DNA from: Eledone cirrhosa
Lineage: Eukaryota
NCBI GenBank assembly: GCA_964016885.1
Contig: OZ024746.1
Location: 21,824,001-21,888,000, forward strand
DNA length: 64,000 nt
Direction: 5' to 3'
Shown here piece by piece: positions 1 to 64,000 of the stretch. Every line of letters begins with the position of its first letter. Position 1 is the first letter of the stretch. Made by a program: the position numbers and the translations under genes. Below the pieces are notes generated by a model. That model did not search any database, was not told the origin of the DNA, and saw nothing but the letters and a program-made list of their open reading frames with translations.

Positions 1-339
1 AAAAAAACATTTAAATTTTATTGCTGGTGACACAAAATATGCACCCAGTAAACTCTGTTAAGTGGTTGGTGATAGGAAAAGCATCCAATTGTAGTAACCA
101 TATCCCCAAAAGGGTGATAGATTCTTCAGCTGTGTCAAGGGTACAACAACCTCTCTAGTGTTGGTGCCATTATAAAATGCACACAGTACACACTGTAAGG
201 TGTTTAGTGATAGGAAGAGCATCCAGTTGTAGAAAACTTGTCATACAAAAGGTAGAGTAGACTCTTCAGTTGTATCAAAGGTGTGACAACCTCTCTAGTG
301 TTGGTGTCATAATAAAATACACCCAGCTGAGTATGCTGC

Positions 340-472
340 TGTCAGTAGCGTATACAGCTTGATAGAGGAGTATACAGCTTGATAGTGGAGTATATATCTT
401 GCCAGCGGAGTATATATCTTGCCAGTGGAGTATATACATTGTCAATAGAGTATATAGCTTGTCAGTGGAGTA
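340..472. repeat. About 20-bp tandem repeat
   Basis: tata(c/t)a(g/t)cttg(a/c/t)(c/t)ag(t/a/c)ggag, about 6 copies. Confidence 0.85.
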
Positions 473-570
473 ACTTCTTCTAATCCAAGAATAGAACCTT
501 ACAAACCTTATGTGATTTGTTACATATTTAAGCTCTTGTGTTTATAATGTCTGTTTAATTCTGTTTTCAG

Positions 571-58175
<57,605 letters not shown>

Positions 58176-58494
58176 GAAAAAAAAACTATTTCACACTGTT
58201 TTACACATTCATCATATCCCCTGTACATCCTTATACTGTCTCAGTGCTGTGTTTCTTATGCATAAAAACAGGACTGGAGGGAAAGGTTCTAGTTAGACAC
58301 CTTAGCCTGTCTGTCTAGCTTAGTAAGCTGGATGTTGGTCCTGAAACATTACTGCACTTTACTAAAGTGATATCGTAATGTCGTTGTGGTCTGTGATAGT
58401 CAAAGCTGTTCTCTCAACTGTTGTAGCAGCTCCTTTCAAACAATCAACTAGTGTGTAAGAGATTACATTACAAACTCACATATTACATGTGTAT

Positions 58495-58500
58495 AATAAA
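58495..58500 (+). promoter_or_regulatory. Possible polyadenylation signal (first AATAAA after stop; another at 60666)
   Basis: AATAAA hexamer about 320 nt after the stop; the hexamer is common in AT-rich DNA, so this is weak. Confidence 0.3.
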
Positions 58501-58791
58501 CTCACACATTTACCTATTTACCCATTATAAAATCATGAATACACATGTGCAGATGGACACGGGCATACACATACATACACATTACATATAAAAGCTACAT
58601 CTATTTCCACCATTAATTATTAACATAAAAGAAATTCCCGACATACAAAGGGTGATGAAAAAATGGAAACCTGTATTAAGAGTAGATGTAGTCAGCAGTT
58701 GATTATATATATGTGTGTGTGTATAAGTATATATATATATGTGTGTGTGTATAAGTATATATATATGTATGTATGTATGTGTGTGTGTAAG

Positions 58792-58845
<54 letters not shown>

Positions 58846-59599
58846 ATGGTTTCTCAGGCTTTGTTATTAACTTGACATATGATAGCTACCTTGATGGGAG
58901 CAGAATTTGTAGGTGTAAAGCAGTTGGGAGCTATCTTCCCTCCCACTCACACACACACATACCCCTTGTTTTTTTTTTTTTTCGTTTTTTTTTTTAAACA
59001 AATTGTTATTTGAATCAAAGTTGTTGCATTCAGTGGCCAAATTTGATCTGTTATAATTTGGCCACTAATTAAACTTTTCCACATGACAGAAAAATCAATA
59101 TTATTGTTTTGAAATATTGTTTAATATTTCTAAATTTCTCTGTTAGTGCATGCATCGTTATGATGCCATTTTATGCACAATATATCTGTTGTTATGACTC
59201 TGTTACCAGAGATTGTTGGTAACATCATTGTACAATAGTTTCATGGCCAGTATATATATATATATACACATATGTATATATATATGTTATTGTTGTATAT
59301 TTGTGAATAGATGCATTACATATGTAGTTCAACTCTGTTCAATGCATCAGGACATCACTTGTTTCATTGTTTTTCCCTTTAAAACAATGTTGAAAAAGAT
59401 TTTGGCTGCTGGCCCTCACACATCCACACAAACCACTAGTCAAAGTTTGAAGCAATTTTGATATTTCATCAGACATTTCAGCAATGAAGTGTTACATGAA
59501 CGACTGGAGTAATATTAACTTGTTCTTCAAACTCAGTCTTATTTCACTGCTCTTGAAGACAGATTGTTGTATGAACTGCATATCATGTTTAATATGTAA

Positions 59600-60050
59600 C
59601 TTCAGTCATTGTGTCAGGAAAGAGGAAGAGCCTGAAGCCTGGTATATCATAGTTGTGTTAAGACACTGTGACACTGATTTCAGTCATAGTGTCAAGGAAC
59701 AAGAGAATAAGAGACTGAAGCCTGCTACATCATCAGTGATGTGAGACTGTGGCATTGACTTCCGTCATAGTCTATCTTTTCCTCTCTCCTGATACTGAGG
59801 CCTGGCATGTCATAAGTGATGTGACACTGACTTTAGTCATAGTGTCAGGAGAGAAGAAAAGAGAAATAGACTGGGATCTGGTATGTGAAACTGTGGCATT
59901 GACTTCAGTCATAGTATCAGGAGAGAGGAAAAGATAGACTGAGGCCTGCCATGTCATAAGTGATGTGACTCTGACTTCACTCGTAGTATCAGGATAGAAA
60001 AAAAGAAAGACTGAGGCCTGGTATGTCATAAGTAATGTGACACTGATTTT
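59600..60050. repeat. About 70-bp degenerate tandem repeat downstream of the PI4KA stop
   Basis: Recurrent tgtgacactgacttcagtcatagtgtcaggagag...gactgaggcctg, about 6 units. Confidence 0.85.
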
Positions 60051-61793
60051 TTTTCCAGATGATCTTCACCATACACTCCTGTAAAATTTACCTGCAAACA
60101 TTCCTGTTTAGCTAAAAAAATGTTTTCTTTCATTTTTTTTTTTGCTCTTTGTTTTTGTCTTTTGTTATATTTTTTAATGAATTTAATAGAGGAGTTTGAT
60201 TTTATGGTGTTGTCATCTCGAGCTAATGTTTCATTAGAACTTTCTAATATCATTCATATTTTAATACCAGCAACATTACCTTTTTCACTTCAGAGCAAAT
60301 TCCAACTGGTTTCTTTTATATTTGATTTTTACATTTATTGTTTAGATACAAACAGTTTTTGTTTTTAATGTTTGACTTATTTAGATAAACAACTCCATGA
60401 CATATTATTTTATATATATATATATATCTTCTCAGAAATGCCTGTTTAGTCTAATGATGGGTCCATGATTTCCAGTAATACAGAGAAACTAGATTCAAGT
60501 TTATTTAATTTGTCTATCAATGAAAAGGAGTAATTAAGCTTTCTCCAAAGCTGGTATTTATCAAATTCATTTCACATTTTACTTCTCACCTCTTTTGAGA
60601 AGTGTTTTGAATAATTGTGTGTCACTTTCTCGCATACTAGCTACATCTTTGAAAAATTGATTTTTAATAAATTTGTCCTATATATGTATATTTTGAAAAA
60701 AGAAAATACAGTTTTGTGTTATATGCATTGGTCCTGAGTAAAATGTTCATTGTTATTCCACTTATATATGTCTTCCAATTAAAACAACTGCATAAGATAT
60801 AATTGAACATGAAAACTTAGTTTCCCCACCCCTGCTCCCTTTTATCAATCACCATAGAACTGTCTCATTATTTTACTTCTGAAACTTCAGGGTCTTAACT
60901 TCACATCTTGTGCGTCTTTTACTATCTAGAGTAAATTTGAAGTAAGATATTTAACCAACTCTCTGTGTATGATTCTCAGGAATTTAGACTCTAAGACCGA
61001 GATGTGGTATGGTTTATTAGGAATTCTTAAATAATAGAATGTGTACAAATAAACACATTTCATATAGAAAAAAAGGGGGTGTTAGAACATTGGATAGAAT
61101 GCTTTATGGTATTCGTTCTGGCTCTGTGCTCTCTGTTTAAATCCCACTGAGGCCAGTAAAAAAAGTACCTGTCCAGTTCATTCTTCCTTTATATCTCTTT
61201 CTCACTTTCTCTCTCTCTCTTTCTATCCTTCTCTGAGAGAAATATGCTGTATTCAGACCTGGAGAGGAGATGGGTTCTGCCAGGTTTAGAAATGCTGTAT
61301 GTCATTATGGGACCACACCATATGGTACCACACCATTCGCAGGAAAGTGATGATGTTGAAATAATGAAGCATTTTCACCAGGAGCATTACCTGCTACATT
61401 GGTATGGTAAGCTGCCAACAATAACAAGAACTTCATTATCAGCAGCCCAGCTCCTCCCAAACATCTCAAACACTAGAAGCTGAAAAAATAATTTGCCTAC
61501 AATTCCTGATATTTTAGAATTATAATCCATTTGGCTATGGATGCAGTAGCCTTCACCTTTGTGGCAGCATCCAAGATATGGAAAGGAGTAAAAAGATTTA
61601 TTATATTTTCCAAATAGCTACTTGGTGAATCTTTTAGGACTTTGAAAAATCAAATAATTATCAAATTATTTTGATAATGTTTTCATGTTATTTAGGACTG
61701 TGTTAAAGTGATTATTTAACCTAGGTAATTTAAATCAACCCTGTCATAAATACTGTACAAATTACAGATTTAATTCTCCAATAGATGTTTGTT

Positions 61794-62046
61794 TTAACCC
61801 TTTCCTTACCATATTTCTAATGAAAAAACTGCATAAAATTATCAAATTTTTTTTTAAATTAAGAATTTGAAAGGATTTAGTAATATAACTAACTTTCTCA
61901 TCATCAAACTGGTGTTTGGAACATAACTTAACAAAAGTACTTATATAAAATTAGGAGGGGAGGTTTTTAGATAAATATACGTGCTTTAAAATATAATTTT
62001 CTATAATAGAACCATAGTTCAGGTGGTTTGGTATCAAAAGGGTTAA
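61794..62046. mobile_element. TTAA-flanked piggyBac-type MITE (family 2)
   Basis: ttaa|ccctttccttacca...tggtatcaaaaggg|ttaa; copy at 14077-14278; partial copies at about 17090-17310, 20490-20565, 57020-57160, 57710-57895 and 63600-63720. Confidence 0.75.
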
Positions 62047-64000
62047 TCGGTTGCAGTCTATTGTTTTAGTAACTGAAGATTTACAGTTATAATTGACCAT
62101 GGAAGTTAGCTGAATGGTTATTAAGTGTTTATGTGTATGTATATTGACTGTATGACCTTCCAAAAATATAACAATATCTGTTTCAAGAATCTTGCAAAAT
62201 GAAAACAAAGTAGGCAAAACTCCAGAGTAACAAGACTCACTATTTAGCCTTAATAAAATGAATATATATACTGTGACACATATTTTCACATCTTACACAT
62301 CATATAACAAATACATTTTCATACATCTGTTGAATATATTATTTTTAAAAAGATCATTCAATAGTTTTAGTTTAGAAAGAAATTGTTGTTAAATTTCCTA
62401 ATTTAGATTCTGTTGATCAATGTTCTTGAATCACTAAGAGAACTATCTCCCCCCCCCCCCCCCCCCCCCCCCCCCCGCCGCCCACCCACCCTAAAAAAAA
62501 AAAAAAAACTGTTTAGTTACAAAGTGTAAACAGATGCTCAATGAATGTTTAAAGATCAGTCTATGATGATGATGATGATAGTCAATCAAAGGTAATAATT
62601 ATTTATCAGCCATTTCATATATTCTTTAATATCATCTATTTAGATTTTACCTATTTAATATATTTGATTTAATTTTTACAAATTATACACACACACAATC
62701 TATTTTTAGACACATTGAGCAAATATGTATTTATTGACAATTAACTTAAAGTTAGAAGCTTCAACATTTTTTTTTTTTTTTTTCTTTTTCTTTAAAAAAC
62801 ATTTTGGACATAAAAACCACTGGATGCTGTCAACTTTTTTCTGCCCAGGGGCTTCTATGCCCAATTTGTTAGACTAATGTTCATAATAAAAAAAATACAT
62901 TGAAGCTTCTAATAAGTTAATTTTCAATATATATATATTTGAAACAAAGCATATAGATCTTTGTTTTGTGTAATGCTATTTTAATTGCAAACATGACATA
63001 TTTCTAAACAGATAGTGTATCAGATGAAACACATACTTGTCCTGTTTATTTTGTTATGAGAAAATGCCTATCATTAATGCTTGTCTTTTCTTTCATGTGA
63101 AGGGGTGTGGCTTCACAATCAAAGTTGTAGGGTGAAGTTCTGGACCAAGCAACATGCATTCTTGGGCAAAACACTTTATTTCACAATGCTCCTTCCACCA
63201 GTTGTAGCAACTGACGGACAGTATCCAGCAATGAAAAAAAACAAAACAATGGAAACATTGTTTCCTTGGTCCAATCTAATAATTGGCTCCTTCCATCCCT
63301 GTTTGTTTTTTCTTTTATGGAATGATTCAGCAATGATCTCACATTAACTAATCTTATCCTCCTTTCTTATCTTTAAACCTTGATGTCCTGTACCACGTGA
63401 AACAACATTAGCAAGATATTCTTGAAAAGTACAAAACAGCCTGAAGATTGTATGATATTAAAAATAAAGGTCTTCAATTTAATACTGCATATTTTTATAA
63501 CAATCTATCCACTTGTCAAGACAATTGAAATGACTCTGTCTCTACACAGTGCACAGTTCTAATAGCACATAATAATACCAATATCTTTTCATTGTGTATA
63601 GAATATTAAGTTAAAATTGGAACATAAAGGTTCTTACATAAAATTATAATGGAGGGGTTTTAGATAAATATAATACTTTAAAACAAAGTTTTGTATCACA
63701 GAGGCTGCTGTAGTTTCAGGTAGTGGATTAGCAGAATCAGTAGAACATGAGATAAAATGCTTTATCATATTTAGTTGCATCAGTTTAGGTTCTAAATTCA
63801 TATCATGCTTGGTTCAACTTTGCCTTTTGTCCAGGACCAATAAAATAAGTACCGGTGAAGGATTGGGGTTGATTTAATCGACTATACCTGTCCCCCTTGC
63901 TTTGAGGTGTTGTATTTATGTTAGAAGTAACTATTCCTATTGCTGTATAGGTCTTCACATGTTAAAATGGTTTTATATAATTATTTATATTTAATGTTTC

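Noticed and set aside
62449-62508. Long poly-C followed by poly-A (possible G-quadruplex on the minus strand)
   Set aside because: Simple homopolymers with no supporting context; length is unreliable in assemblies
58176-64000. A second gene downstream of PI4KA
   Set aside because: No exon-like ORFs with splice sites or recognisable protein motifs on either strand; only UTR-like sequence and repeats

Overview
AT-rich, microsatellite-dense animal genomic DNA. The repeat landscape suggests a coleoid cephalopod such as Octopus; this is an inference, not provable from the window. The window is dominated by one + strand, intron-rich gene, phosphatidylinositol 4-kinase III alpha (PI4KA). I traced 41 phase-consistent GT-AG coding exons from 571 to the TGA at 58173-58175, ending with the PIK helical region and the PI3/PI4-kinase catalytic domain (FKVGDD, DRHNGN, DFG). 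The 5' part of the gene lies upstream of the window, and at least one exon is missing in the N-gap at 18681-18880. Introns carry RTE-type LINE fragments, an RLE-type non-LTR fragment, two SINE families with target-site duplications, TTAA-, TA- and hAT-type MITEs, and several minisatellites, including a 2.4-kb 36-bp array that explains the long spurious ORFs. I see no prokaryote-style system. The most interesting signals are at the RNA level: (1) an alternative-splicing hotspot in the two longest introns, with a 111-nt GC-donor cassette exon, a 9-nt microexon candidate with downstream TGCATG motifs, and tandem acceptors; (2) a doubly frameshifted exon; (3) many intronic hairpins and an inverted near-identical repeat pair, which are candidate dsRNA/ADAR substrates; (4) duplicated 'echo' splice junctions; (5) a precise 28-bp micro-inversion inside a downstream tandem repeat.
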